Below are positions 35,161 through 44,307 of a stretch of DNA of 64,000 nt, piece after piece. The stretch is from Nitrospirota bacterium (GTDB lineage: Bacteria > Nitrospirota > Nitrospiria > SBBL01 > JAADHI01), in NCBI GenBank assembly GCA_029261155.1, contig JAJDBW010000077.1, positions 2,365 through 66,364 of the forward strand, in the 5' to 3' direction. A model generated the notes under the pieces. It saw only the letters and a list, made by a program, of their open reading frames with translations, did not search any database and was not told the origin of the DNA. Made by a program: the position numbers and the translations under genes. Position 1 is the stretch's first letter. Each line of letters opens with the position of its first letter.

Positions 35161-35544
35161 ATGATTAACATCGTGTTCATTGGAATGGGCGGTTTTATTG
35201 GCGCCATTCTTAGATATCTGCTTAGCGGATGGGTCCAGACTTGGACAAGGAGCGCCACTTTTCCTGTGGGCACCCTCGCGGTTAACCTGCTGGGCTGTTT
35301 GCTCATCGGCCTTTTGTCTCAACTCGTGGAGTTGCGCAATTTCTTCAATCCGGAGACGCGGCTCTTTCTCTTTATCGGTGTCCTTGGCGCATTTACCACC
35401 TTTTCCACCTTTGGCAATGAAACCCTGTTGTTGATGCGAGACGGCGAGCGCATGCTTTCCCTCATTAACATTGGGGCGCATATCTTTTTGGGCCTTATGG
35501 CGGTATGGCTGGGTCAGGTTTGTGCCCAATGGCTATGGAGGTAA
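35161..35544 (+). CDS. crcB: Fluoride ion channel CrcB/FluC
   Basis: 127-aa ORF, four TM helices. GGFIGAILRY, FPVGTLAVNLLGCLLIG and GAFTTFSTFGNE are typical CrcB motifs. Confidence 0.9.
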   Translation: MINIVFIGMGGFIGAILRYLLSGWVQTWTRSATFPVGTLAVNLLGCLLIGLLSQLVELRNFFNPETRLFLFIGVLGAFTTFSTFGNETLLLMRDGERMLSLINIGAHIFLGLMAVWLGQVCAQWLWR

Positions 35545-35703
35545 TACGAGAGACTGCTCGAAGAAGATGTCCTGCTGCATCTAAGAAGGCTTGGCGACGA
35601 TGGAAAAGGTGCAGGTCCGGTTTTATCGCGGAAGGGCATCCGCCTTTAAAACGTATTTCTTTTTCTTGAAAGACCCACATCTGTAAAGCCGAAACAAAAC
35701 TTT

Positions 35704-36402
35704 TTACAATGGACCCCACCTCACTTCTTTAAGCTCGACATTCGCGTTTTCTAAGGATTTCATGACGAGCTGCGCCAAATCGTCTGTAAAGCCGCGATGA
35801 AATAAACTCAAGGAGAGCTTGGTGACCGTCGTTCCGGTTTCGTAGTTACGGCGGATGTCGCAATCGAGAACTTTCAGCCCTTTTCTTTTAACGATTTCGA
35901 TGATGTCGGCCGACTCAAATGTGATGGGTGTCGTAACCTGGAGCATGCGATAGGAATTTTTCGAATAGGAAAAAATTTCAAAATATTTCAGTAAAATGAG
36001 GCAGACCAGGGCGATCAAGGTTGGAAAGACCGCTAGGAAATAATAGCCTCCGCCCGCAGCCATACCAATTGCCGCGGCGGTCCATAAACAGGCGGCTGTG
36101 GTTAATCCGCGTACATTCGCCCCCGATTTAATAATGACGCCTGCCCCCAAAAAGCCAATGCCGGTGACCACTTGGGCCGCGATGCGGCCCCGGTCGAATT
36201 GAAGCCCACTTCCGGCAGGTCCCGATGCGACACGTTCGGAGAGGATCATAAACACTGCGGCGCCCATGGCCACGAGGATATGGGTGCGTAGGCCTGCGGC
36301 GCGGCCACGAATATCTCGTTCCAATCCAATAAAGCCACCTAAAATGGCGGCAACTAAAATCCGAACGAATATATCTAAGGTTTCTTTCGGTATTTCGATC
36401 AT
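35704..36402 (-). CDS. MgtC/SapB family membrane protein
   Basis: 232-aa ORF. ILVAAILGGFIGLERDIRGRAAGLRTHILVAMGAAVFM is the MgtC signature. It has a C-terminal soluble ACT-like domain. Confidence 0.85.
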   Translation of the reverse strand: MIEIPKETLDIFVRILVAAILGGFIGLERDIRGRAAGLRTHILVAMGAAVFMILSERVASGPAGSGLQFDRGRIAAQVVTGIGFLGAGVIIKSGANVRGLTTAACLWTAAAIGMAAGGGYYFLAVFPTLIALVCLILLKYFEIFSYSKNSYRMLQVTTPITFESADIIEIVKRKGLKVLDCDIRRNYETGTTVTKLSLSLFHRGFTDDLAQLVMKSLENANVELKEVRWGPL

Positions 36403-36467
36403 GCTTCACTCCAAGGCAAAGGAAGATGAGGCGCGATCTGGGACCGGGCCTTGATCTCAGCGCCTCA

Positions 36468-36800
36468 TCAGATCTTAGCGATTCGCGGGCCAAACAGGAT
36501 CAAGGCCGCGCCAAGCAAGCAAACAACAGCCCCTATTATATCCCAAACCAAAGGCTTTCTCCGTTCAATATAGTGGAGCCAAGCCAGCGAGGCCACAATA
36601 TAAACGCCGCCATAGGCTGCATAGGCCCTGCCTGCAAACTCGGTCTCAACTTGGGTGAGGATAAGCGCAAACATGGCCAAACTTCCGCTGCCCGGAATGA
36701 GCCATAGGATATGTTTGCCCAGCCGCATCCAGGCCCAAAAGGCGTAACAGCCTGCAATTTCAAAGGCAGCAGCGGCAAAAAAATAGAGGGAATGGGTCAT
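36468..36800 (-). CDS. ynfA: YnfA family (UPF0060) small membrane protein
   Basis: ATG at 36800 ([29 protein letters not shown]) gives the expected ~110-aa protein. The longer track ORF overlaps slyD. Confidence 0.8.
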   Translation of the reverse strand: MTHSLYFFAAAAFEIAGCYAFWAWMRLGKHILWLIPGSGSLAMFALILTQVETEFAGRAYAAYGGVYIVASLAWLHYIERRKPLVWDIIGAVVCLLGAALILFGPRIAKI

Positions 36801-36822
36801 GATTTTAAGGTGCCTGTTCGAT

Positions 36823-37290
36823 TTAGTGCGTGTGGCCGTGGGCAAGCTCTTCCTTTGTTGCTTCTCTAACCTCGACAATTTTTAAATCGAAATTTAAGCT
36901 GACACCCGCAAGCGGATGATTCGCATCGATGGTCACCGCATCGCCCTCGACTTTTTTTACTTCAATTCGTTGCGCCGCGCCATTTGACCCTTGTGCTTCG
37001 AAGGTCATTCCGGCTTCTATAGCGCTTACCCCTTGAAAAGCCGATTTATCGATTGTCTGCACCAGCTCCGGCTTGACTTCGCCATATCCCTCGGCCGGCT
37101 CTACACGGACTTGTAGGTTGTCTCCCGCGACCTTACCCACCAAGGCTTTTTCGAGTCCGGGGATAATGTTTCCTGCGCCGTGTAAATAAGCCAGGGGCTC
37201 GTCTTTTGAACCATCAAGCACATTCCCATCATCGTCCGTCAGTTTATAATGCATGCTGACCACTAAATTATTACCAATCAATAAAGACAT
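36823..37290 (-). CDS. slyD: FKBP-type peptidyl-prolyl isomerase, SlyD-like
   Basis: 155-aa [39 protein letters not shown], the IF-insert region and HPLAG. Confidence 0.85.
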   Translation of the reverse strand: MSLLIGNNLVVSMHYKLTDDDGNVLDGSKDEPLAYLHGAGNIIPGLEKALVGKVAGDNLQVRVEPAEGYGEVKPELVQTIDKSAFQGVSAIEAGMTFEAQGSNGAAQRIEVKKVEGDAVTIDANHPLAGVSLNFDLKIVEVREATKEELAHGHTH

Positions 37291-37410
37291 TATCCCCCCT
37301 TTTCTTTGATAAGATTTTTCTTCACTCGAAGGCCTAGCTTACGATGCTCGTGTTCAAATGTCTAGTCTGGCGAATAAAGCGGCAGGCCCGATGGGCTTCA
37401 TAATGCGGCC

Positions 37411-37836
37411 CTAGCAGTTTATTGCAATCTCATCGCTGCGATTATAAATGAGGGCGGTTTTGCATTTTGGGTTTATGTTTGAATTTTGATTGGGCGCCCA
37501 AATCGTATGCTTGGTCAGTCGATGATTTAAGAAGGTTAATTGATAGACGGGAATGCCAGGCTGCCGCCACATCAATAATTTAGCGGCCTGCCATCGATAC
37601 AAATAAACACTTTTGACTTGCTTGTCTTTAAACGCTTCATACAATTGCCGTACGCGCCATTGGCCGCTACCGTTATTCTGATTGGAAAAATAAAGATCGA
37701 TATCGTCTTTGGTTTGTCCGGGGCTGAAGTGGCTTGGGGGCATCATCGTTGGTGCGCTGATCGCACAGGCCTCGATGAATATTAAAAACGGCAAGAGGAT
37801 GAGCCAATGCATATGGGGTATCGATTGGGTTTTCAT
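37411..37836 (-). CDS. Hypothetical secreted protein or lipoprotein
   Basis: 141-aa ORF with an N-terminal hydrophobic signal (HWLILLPFLIFIEAC). No recognisable family. Confidence 0.4.
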   Translation of the reverse strand: MKTQSIPHMHWLILLPFLIFIEACAISAPTMMPPSHFSPGQTKDDIDLYFSNQNNGSGQWRVRQLYEAFKDKQVKSVYLYRWQAAKLLMWRQPGIPVYQLTFLNHRLTKHTIWAPNQNSNINPKCKTALIYNRSDEIAINC

Positions 37837-37868
37837 TTGGGGTGCAGCGCGTATAAAGGAGAAGTTTG

Positions 37869-38906
37869 TTAATCCAGGCTTCGGTGTTTTACGCAGTTGC
37901 GACCGGCGTCTTTTGCTTCGTACAAGGCCGCATCGGCCAGTTCAATCATCTTCTTTACTTTGAGGTCTTGCGATGCCTTGGCGATAGAGAATCCGATGCT
38001 CAGGCTAAGCGTGAATTCGATCTCTCCCTCTTTAAGGGGTTCGCTGTTCACCCGAGCGAGTATGCGTTCCGCCAGCATGATGCCCCTGTTTTCAGCGCAA
38101 TCCGGTGCGAAAACCAGAAACTCGTCTCCGCCGTAGCGTGCGATAACATCGTAGGGCCGGACAGAAGAACGAATACGTTGGGCCACTTCTTGTAAGGCGA
38201 TATCGCCGACCACATGGCCATAATTATCGTTCACCGCCTTATAATGGTCGACATCCAATAACATGAGAACAACCTGCTGCTTTTGACGTGCCGCATGAGA
38301 AAGTTCTGAAACCAAAAGTTCATCCATGCCCTTTCGATTCCAGACCTTGGTTAAGGGGTCGATCAAGGCCGAGCGTCGCGCTTCGTCCCGCTCGGAAACC
38401 AATTGTCGTTGCGCTTGGCTCAATGCGGTGACTTTTAATTCGTTTTCCACCCATCCGGTAAGGCTTCGCAGTGTTTCTAAGTCTCTCGGCAATAATTTTC
38501 TCGGAACACGGTCGATAATGCAGAGTGTGCCCAAGTGCGTTCCATCATATGCGATGGGATGTCCGGCGTAAAAGCGGATATGAGGATCATTCGTGACGAG
38601 CGGGTTGTCTGCGAAGTCGGGGTTAAGCAAGGTGTCCATAACGACCAGTGTGTCTTCGGAAAGAATGGCGTGCCCGCAAAAAGAGATCTCTCTGGGAGTT
38701 TCAGCGGCCGTTAAGCCTTGGGCCGATTTAAACCACTGGCATTTTTGGGTGATAAGAGAAATCAAGGCGATCGGGACATTGAAGATATTCCGGGCGAGTC
38801 GGGTAATACGGTCGAAGCGTTCCTCTGCAGGAGAGTAAATAATATCCAAGCCATCAAGGTTTGCGATGCGTTGGATTTCATTCGAGGGTAAAGGTGGTTT
38901 TTTCAT
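37869..38906 (-). CDS. GAF domain diguanylate cyclase (GGDEF)
   Basis: 345-aa ORF. The N-terminal GAF-like region (ALISLITQKCQWFKS...FCGHAI) is followed by DPLTKVWNRKG, LLDVDHYKAVNDNYGHVVGD and RYGGDEFLVF (intact GGDEF). RxxD I-site not checked. Confidence 0.85.
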   Translation of the reverse strand: MKKPPLPSNEIQRIANLDGLDIIYSPAEERFDRITRLARNIFNVPIALISLITQKCQWFKSAQGLTAAETPREISFCGHAILSEDTLVVMDTLLNPDFADNPLVTNDPHIRFYAGHPIAYDGTHLGTLCIIDRVPRKLLPRDLETLRSLTGWVENELKVTALSQAQRQLVSERDEARRSALIDPLTKVWNRKGMDELLVSELSHAARQKQQVVLMLLDVDHYKAVNDNYGHVVGDIALQEVAQRIRSSVRPYDVIARYGGDEFLVFAPDCAENRGIMLAERILARVNSEPLKEGEIEFTLSLSIGFSIAKASQDLKVKKMIELADAALYEAKDAGRNCVKHRSLD

Positions 38907-39370
38907 GGACCTAAATCGATTCTAAGATAAAGATTGACCGGACTGATACACAGGCAATGCTCGAAAAACACTATACTCAAGCCCGCTTCATGGTAACCGG
39001 TGTCATCCTTGTATACATCTTTTATTACAGTTTACCCGAATAAGGTTGTCGATTTCCAGCGCAATATGGGAGACCGCTTGGCTTTGCCTGCATTTAATTC
39101 ATATCTAGAGGATGCTTCTTCACGCTGACGTAGGCCAATTCCAACAACCATAGTCTCTATTTCGGCGAGATTAAACCGGTACCCCTGAATGCCGTGTTCG
39201 ATTGCCTCAGGCCGCTTTAAACTTAAACAGGATTCAGCTCATATTGTGCTGAATGCATAAGGGATGTCTTTTTTTGAAAGATCGGAAAGCCATTTCGTGC
39301 TAGGGGAACGATCCGATTGATATCGATTGGGGTATAAATGTAATCCCAGTAACATTAGGGCGTTGATTTA

Positions 39371-39826
39371 TTAATGATACTTGTCCGAGGTATTCTTTTC
39401 AGTCAAGGATCCGGCGATAGCCAGAGTGGCGAGGAAAACGGCGAAATCTTTAATGAGATACTGGCCTTCCGGTGTCGGTGCGAGAGGAAACTGGAAGAAG
39501 CAAACTTCGGGCTTAAGGATAAAGGCCAGCGGGATGCCGGGCAAACGGATCACGAGCAATAGGAGGGCAAGGCGAACGAGGGGACGGAACATTAAGCAGA
39601 TGCCGATCGCGACCTCCCACCATCCTAAAATCAGCACCGTCGATTCCGGATTGCCCCAATAAACGGTATGCGCCAGTAATGAGGTCGTTGTCTTGTGTCC
39701 GAGCGGTTTCAACAGGCCGAACCAAATATAAAGCAATCCCAACGAAACGCGATGCAACCGGTGGCCGTAGCGTTCGAATACGGCAAGAACCGTCCGATCC
39801 GCTTTTTTTATCTTGTCGAGGTCCAT
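39371..39826 (-). CDS. Small multi-pass membrane protein (YkgB/DUF417-like)
   Basis: HRVSLGLLYIWFGLLKP and QYLIKDFAVFLATLAI resemble the conserved ends of YkgB-type proteins. Start is either ATG 39826 or 39841. Confidence 0.45.
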   Translation of the reverse strand: MDLDKIKKADRTVLAVFERYGHRLHRVSLGLLYIWFGLLKPLGHKTTTSLLAHTVYWGNPESTVLILGWWEVAIGICLMFRPLVRLALLLLVIRLPGIPLAFILKPEVCFFQFPLAPTPEGQYLIKDFAVFLATLAIAGSLTEKNTSDKYH

Positions 39827-39859
39827 CCGCCGCCCGCTCATTCCCCATGTGACCTTACC

Positions 39860-41017
39860 TCAGGCCTCCATAATATCCGTGATCTCCCACAGTTTCGCGC
39901 CCATCGTGCCCAGGCCCAGGGCGATGGTCGCGCCTTTTTTAATGACGAGGGCTTGGCCGACGCCCGGCAGAAACATGGCCGCCAATTGCGCGATCATCAT
40001 GGCGATGATCAAAGCGATACGCCAACCCGACAGGCCGTCGAAGAGCTTCTTAAACAAGAGGCCGAAAAATCCCGCCTCGAACATGGATTGCGCCCACCTG
40101 AAAATGGCCTCCACTTTTTCGGCCATGCTGCGTCCGGCGTCGCTGAGGATTTTCATTAGGCGTCGCAGCAGGCGGCGGTTGCGGGGCCGGGCCATTTCGC
40201 GGCCCACGTCGTCGGCCAAGCCAGCGGGGACTTTCGGCAGCACCACGCCCAAGAGCGCGGCAAACATGGCGACGAGTTCCAACACGAAGAGCCCGATCAT
40301 AATGCCCAGCCCGGCGGCCTTGTCCGAGGCGCTTTGTTTCACATTAAACACTACTTGCTGTCCGCCGCTGGTTTGCCAGGCCAGCATGGGCCCTGTGCGA
40401 TTCCACAGGCCGTCGGCCTGAAGATTGTGTTCCATAATCTTGTGCAAGCTGGTGTGCCGGTCCAAGGCATAGCTGAGGCGTCCCATGCCTTCATCCATGG
40501 CCGTGTTCAATAGGTCTGTGACTTGCTGATCGCTGATATCTTCCCCGGTGAGTTCCGCGAACTGTTTTTTGAACACGCTATGATAGTTGTGTAGTGTTTT
40601 TTTAACCTTGGCTTTGACTTTGGCCGTTAAAATCTTTTCCGGTTTCACATCGCGGAAAAACCGCGCGTCTCTTCTCAGTTCCGCAAACAAGGGTTTCATT
40701 TCCTTGGCCATGGCGTTAATCGTTTTCCGGTCGATTCCGGTTCCGATCTCCGAAGTGGCGCTCGCACCGGAGGCTTGTTCGGCCTTGCGCCGTCCTGCGG
40801 CAATAAAGGTGCCGGTGAGCAGGGTGTTTAATGCTGACTTCGCTCTCGGCAATTCCATCCCGGCCAAGTCGGCCTGGGTGGCCGCCACCAGCATGAGTTC
40901 GTCTTTCGTTAAACGCGAAAGGAGTTTCCCAACGCTTCTGCGATTGATGGTTTCTTTGCCGAGTTCCCTGCCCACGAGCGACAGGGTCCGCGCAATCTTA
41001 ATCGACATCTCCGACAT
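39860..41017 (-). CDS. Orphan protein: ~230-aa soluble N-terminal part plus a C-terminal region with 3-4 hydrophobic helices
   Basis: 385-aa ORF, visibly more GC-rich than its neighbours. Hydrophobic segments are AAGLGIMIGLFVLELVAMFAALLGVVL, WRIALIIAMMIAQLAAMFLPGVGQALVI and GATIALGLGTMGA. I recognise no family motif. Confidence 0.45.
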   Translation of the reverse strand: MSEMSIKIARTLSLVGRELGKETINRRSVGKLLSRLTKDELMLVAATQADLAGMELPRAKSALNTLLTGTFIAAGRRKAEQASGASATSEIGTGIDRKTINAMAKEMKPLFAELRRDARFFRDVKPEKILTAKVKAKVKKTLHNYHSVFKKQFAELTGEDISDQQVTDLLNTAMDEGMGRLSYALDRHTSLHKIMEHNLQADGLWNRTGPMLAWQTSGGQQVVFNVKQSASDKAAGLGIMIGLFVLELVAMFAALLGVVLPKVPAGLADDVGREMARPRNRRLLRRLMKILSDAGRSMAEKVEAIFRWAQSMFEAGFFGLLFKKLFDGLSGWRIALIIAMMIAQLAAMFLPGVGQALVIKKGATIALGLGTMGAKLWEITDIMEA

Positions 41018-41092
41018 CTTAGCCTCCTTAGGTTAAATGGAAAGGTTAAAGGCTTGGGTGGAACAATTTAGGTGCCCTGTTGTATGGTAGTG

Positions 41093-41626
41093 TTAGGCAA
41101 GCAAGGAACGCCATAACTGCTCTACTTCTTTTGCTAAGTAGCTCAAGTGATGCTTCCTACCATCATCTAGCTCAACAACGACCGAAGGCCCACCACCAAA
41201 TGGTCCGGTCCCAAAATCTGCTTCTCCAAAGCCCGTTGTTCCAAGTGTGGTTTGATTTGACTGTGTGAGCACTCGAGATGTGCGATCTAGCTGCATGTGT
41301 TTGTGTGCTTCCACTACATCGCGTAGAACTGCAAAGTGGTTGTTTCGGTGTGCGAGTTCAGAGCGAAACGAGCTAGTATTTGTCGTGCCAAAGACTCTAC
41401 TTGGATCAACGACTGCGTATGCGTGCCAGAAATGATCAGCCATGTGATATAGCGAAACGGCAGCATTCATGGCTAAGCGAATATCTGTTGGATCGTTCAG
41501 CCATGCCTTGAGATTAGGAACAGTATGGATCGTAAAGAACTCATGAGCCGATGTGGAAATACTTGACATGCTTGAGCCGCTCTTTGCTAGCCAAAACTTA
41601 ATATCGTGTTGCTGGATAGTAACCAA
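41093..41626 (-). CDS. Hypothetical protein with a possible HEPN-like Rx4H motif
   Basis: 177-aa ORF in a lower-GC patch. Predicted mostly helical. FRSELAHRNNHFAVLRDVVEAHKH contains R-x4-H. No firm family call. Confidence 0.4.
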   Translation of the reverse strand: MVTIQQHDIKFWLAKSGSSMSSISTSAHEFFTIHTVPNLKAWLNDPTDIRLAMNAAVSLYHMADHFWHAYAVVDPSRVFGTTNTSSFRSELAHRNNHFAVLRDVVEAHKHMQLDRTSRVLTQSNQTTLGTTGFGEADFGTGPFGGGPSVVVELDDGRKHHLSYLAKEVEQLWRSLLA

Positions 41627-41794
41627 TCGTTATCGTATTTGCAATTCTATGTTTCCAATGATCAATGAATGAATATTGGGTTGAGTATAATCATGTTGAA
41701 GGTCGTATATTAATGGAGGGTTTATCTTTTGTGAGAGGGTAGATGTATTTTCGGCGGTTATAAAAGCTTGGGAGAAGGTTCACGGCAAAGCGCG

Positions 41795-42076
41795 TTACCA
41801 TTGATGTGCGCGTTTGGTCAAGGCTTCGACGTAGTCGGACCAGTCGTGTAATGTGGCGGGATCGAAATCGGCTCCATTTGGCCAAATCAAGGTATGAACA
41901 TCGGGATCGATGGACACTTGATTGAAGAGGTCCAAATCGCGCAAGGGTTCGTAAAGTTCTCCGGAAAGGATCGGCTGAAAGTCGATGGTCTGTTCGGTGT
42001 TGTCGTCGAATGCAATGCGAAGGGTATAAGGTCCGACAGCTTTAAATGAAAGAACACGATAAATGGGATGGCTCAT
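41795..42076 (-). CDS. DUF2442 domain protein
   Basis: 93-aa ORF. VLSFKAVGPYTLRIAFDDNTEQTIDF...IWPNGADFDPATLH matches the DUF2442 pattern as I recall it. Confidence 0.6.
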   Translation of the reverse strand: MSHPIYRVLSFKAVGPYTLRIAFDDNTEQTIDFQPILSGELYEPLRDLDLFNQVSIDPDVHTLIWPNGADFDPATLHDWSDYVEALTKRAHQW

Positions 42077-42080
42077 GTCC

Positions 42081-42266
42081 TTATTTTCGCCATTTGTGTA
42101 TGCGCTGCTCCATTTCCTTGTTTGAAACGGTGCGCTCCAAACGGGAATCCTTAAGACCGCTTGTGATCATCTGATCTAACGCGAGCTCACGCATAATCTC
42201 CTCGTAGCTCGCATCGTCTGGTTGCGACTGGATGACCTCAGTCATTTTCTGTTTGGCTGTGTCCAT
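42081..42266 (-). CDS. Small protein (61 aa), possible antitoxin-like partner of the DUF2442 gene
   Basis: ATG at 42266 has a GAGGA RBS. MDTAKQKMTEVIQSQPDDASYEEIMRELALDQMITSGLKDSRLERTVSNKEMEQRIHKWRK. A 4-nt gap separates it from the downstream gene. Confidence 0.4.
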   Translation of the reverse strand: MDTAKQKMTEVIQSQPDDASYEEIMRELALDQMITSGLKDSRLERTVSNKEMEQRIHKWRK

Positions 42267-42354
42267 CGAGTTTTCCTCTGCCTCTGGGCCGACCGGGACA
42301 ATTAGGGTGGGGTTGATCTCGCTAAGGAGATTTATCGATGACGCGTGGCAACGG

Positions 42355-42931
<577 letters not shown>

Positions 42932-42983
42932 TCAATCGTTAATTGATCGTACCGAATAACGGAAAGATTTTCAATAATTGGAG

Positions 42984-43913
42984 TTAAATCCGCTCCCGCC
43001 CATGCGGGCTTGCCAGACCCATAATAGGTCCAACCGGAACAATCTGCGTCGGATTGATTTCAGTGTGCGTCACGTAATAGTGGCGTTTGATGTGGTCGAG
43101 GTTGACGGTTTCTGCGATGCCCTCTTGTTGGTAGAGGTCTTTGAGGTAGCCGTAAAGATTAGGGTAATCGAAAATCCGGCGGAGGTTGCATTTGAAGTGG
43201 CCGACGTAGACGGGGTCGAAGCGCAGCAGGGTGACGAAGAGTTTCCAATCGACCTCGGTGATTTGATCACCCATGAGGTAGCGCCGTGTGGAAAGGCGTT
43301 CCTCCATTTGGTCGAGCGCGGCGAAGAGGGCCTTGACGCCTTTTTCGTAGGCGGCCTGTGTGGTGGCGAAGCCGGCGCGGTAAACGCCGTTGCTGATCTG
43401 GGGATAAATATAATCGTAGAGTGCGTCGATTTCTTTGCGAAGGGCTTCTGGGTATAGGTCTAATCGACTTTCGGTGAAGGTATTAAAGGCGCTGTTGAAC
43501 ATGCGCATGATATCGTCTTCGCTGTTGTTGACGATGCGCTTTCGTTGCTTGTCCCAAAGCACGGGGACGGTCACGCGGTCGTCGAAGACGGGGTCGCTCG
43601 CTTTGTAGGCCTCGCTTAAAAAACGAAAGCCGTTGATGGGGTCTTCTGAAAATCCTTTGCCTTTACGGAAGGCCCAGCCGCGTTCGTCGCGCAGAGGATC
43701 GACCGCCGTCATCCCGATAACGGGCTCCAGCTTTTTGAGCATACGGACAATGATGGTCCGATGCGCCCAAGGGCAGGCGTAGCACACATAAAGATGGTAG
43801 CGGTTGGCCTCCGCCGGATAATCCGACGATCCATCTGCCGTGACCCAATCACGGAAGGCATCTTCTTGCCGGACAAATTCACCACTCTCGCTCATCTCTT
43901 TTGGAAATTCCAT
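42984..43913 (-). CDS. yqjG: Xi-class glutathione transferase / glutathionyl-hydroquinone reductase (YqjG/ECM4-like)
   Basis: 309-aa ORF. RYHLYVCYACPWAHRTIIVR carries the CPWA active site. RVTVPVLWD is also present. Confidence 0.85.
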   Translation of the reverse strand: MEFPKEMSESGEFVRQEDAFRDWVTADGSSDYPAEANRYHLYVCYACPWAHRTIIVRMLKKLEPVIGMTAVDPLRDERGWAFRKGKGFSEDPINGFRFLSEAYKASDPVFDDRVTVPVLWDKQRKRIVNNSEDDIMRMFNSAFNTFTESRLDLYPEALRKEIDALYDYIYPQISNGVYRAGFATTQAAYEKGVKALFAALDQMEERLSTRRYLMGDQITEVDWKLFVTLLRFDPVYVGHFKCNLRRIFDYPNLYGYLKDLYQQEGIAETVNLDHIKRHYYVTHTEINPTQIVPVGPIMGLASPHGRERI

Positions 43914-43925
43914 TTCTAGCGCCTC

Positions 43926-44276
43926 CTATTGCTCGGCCTCTGTCGCGCAATCGACGCATAAAAACGCTGTGGGGTCGAAGTCTAGCCGTTTTGCCGGAAG
44001 GTCCTCTTCACATTTAATACAAAGGCCGAAGGTGTCTCGCTCTATTCTTTGTAGTGCGCCCTCGATGCGTTGAAGCTGAACCGCCCGCCGACGCTGGGTT
44101 TCCTTTGACATCTCCTGCATCTGCAGGGCATCCATTCTCGATAAACGCCCCACGCGCGATTGATCGAGCTCGACCGGTTGTGCGTCATCGCCACGTTCTT
44201 CCAGTTCCAATAGTTCTTTCTTTAGGGCGAGGAGTTTTTCTTTGAATGCTTCCGGGTCGATCGGCGTTTCAGTCAC
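43926..44276 (-). CDS. TraR/DksA family C4 zinc-finger protein
   Basis: GTG at 44276 follows AAGGGGA. The longer track ORF overlaps aspS. A coiled-coil N-terminus is followed by CIKCEEDLPAKRLDFDPTAFLCVDC (CxxC-N17-CxxC). Confidence 0.7.
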   Translation of the reverse strand: MTETPIDPEAFKEKLLALKKELLELEERGDDAQPVELDQSRVGRLSRMDALQMQEMSKETQRRRAVQLQRIEGALQRIERDTFGLCIKCEEDLPAKRLDFDPTAFLCVDCATEAEQ

Positions 44277-44307
44277 GAGGTTTTCCCCTTTACAGAAAGG
44301 GTGTGGT

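Noticed and set aside
38907-39370. 464-bp ORF-free region, examined for tRNA, sRNA, CRISPR or a gene remnant
   Set aside because: I saw no cloverleaf-compatible sequence, no direct repeats and no convincing terminator. There is only a 7-bp hairpin at about 39232-39254, with a T-run 12 nt away. A minus-strand peptide fragment (...AIEHGIQGYRFNLAEIETMVVGIGL...) might be a gene relic, but I cannot assign it.
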